A stretch of DNA of 64,000 nucleotides, taken from assembly GCA_020724265.1 (NCBI GenBank), contig DYHH01000001.1, forward strand, positions 4,674 to 68,673, given 5' to 3'. Each line of letters opens with the position of its first letter. Positions within the stretch are counted from its first letter, which is position 1. Of the stretch, positions 63,965 through 64,000 are shown piece after piece. This DNA comes from Melioribacter roseus. Lineage in GTDB: Bacteria; Bacteroidota; Ignavibacteria; Ignavibacteriales; Melioribacteraceae. Position numbers and translations under genes: made by a program. The notes under the pieces were generated by a model that saw only the letters and a program-made list of their open reading frames with translations, was not told where the DNA came from and did not search any database.

Positions 63965-64000
63965 ATGGTAAAAATTAAAAAGAGAAAACTAGGAGAAGCA
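63965..64000 (+). CDS. Start of a probable ExbD/TolR-type gene (truncated by window end)
   Basis: ATG at 63965 encodes MVKIKKRKLGEA, a basic N-terminus in the expected position after exbB/tolQ. Only 12 codons are visible. Confidence 0.35.
   Translation, partial: MVKIKKRKLGEA

Noticed and set aside
1-64000. I searched by eye for CRISPR arrays, transposases, integrases, phage genes, long direct or inverted repeats and known defence-system genes.
   Set aside because: None were found. All long ORFs are accounted for by housekeeping, transport or envelope genes. The tRNA-Arg pair has no adjacent integrase or att-like duplication. The only TA-like element is the orphan VapB-like ORF.

Overview
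This is an AT-rich, densely coding bacterial chromosomal window. I count about 54 supportable CDS, two tandem tRNA-Arg genes and one clear TPP riboswitch. Many genes have 1-4 nt overlaps and non-ATG (TTG/GTG) starts. Gene content suggests an FCB-group bacterium, possibly Ignavibacteria/Chlorobi-like; this is inference only. The supporting content is CarboxypepD_reg-type TonB receptors, PEGA and PQQ-propeller envelope proteins, split MacB-type permease arrays, pyruvoyl arginine decarboxylase and type-2 IDI. Most of the window is core housekeeping: ftsE, adk, tadA, murA, cca, recO, htrA, aroC, tyrS, smpB, polA, ptsHI, fni and pabBC. I saw no CRISPR array, transposase, integrase, phage genes or recognisable defence system, so I cannot honestly name a clearly novel system. 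Six loci deserve a second look. (1) A TPP-riboswitch-controlled operon (TonB receptor, thiamine pyrophosphokinase, SSS-family transporter) with an unusual inner-membrane component. (2) A translationally coupled envelope module whose Omp85-type barrel carries an HExxH peptidase-like domain and TolB-like propeller where POTRA domains are expected, followed by a BamB-like lipoprotein and a PEGA protein. (3) A TolC/MFP/ATPase efflux locus with four permeases in an A-B-A'-B' arrangement, followed by a 1152-aa outer-membrane protein of unknown function. (4) tadA sitting 25 nt downstream of its substrate gene tRNA-Arg(ACG) and a near-identical TCG paralogue. (5) A 52-aa orphan VapB-like ORF absent from the ORF track. 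(6) An ABC ATPase with degenerate Q-loop, signature and H-loop motifs, coupled to an acyl-CoA carboxyltransferase. All functional calls come from motif recognition by eye; no searches were run.
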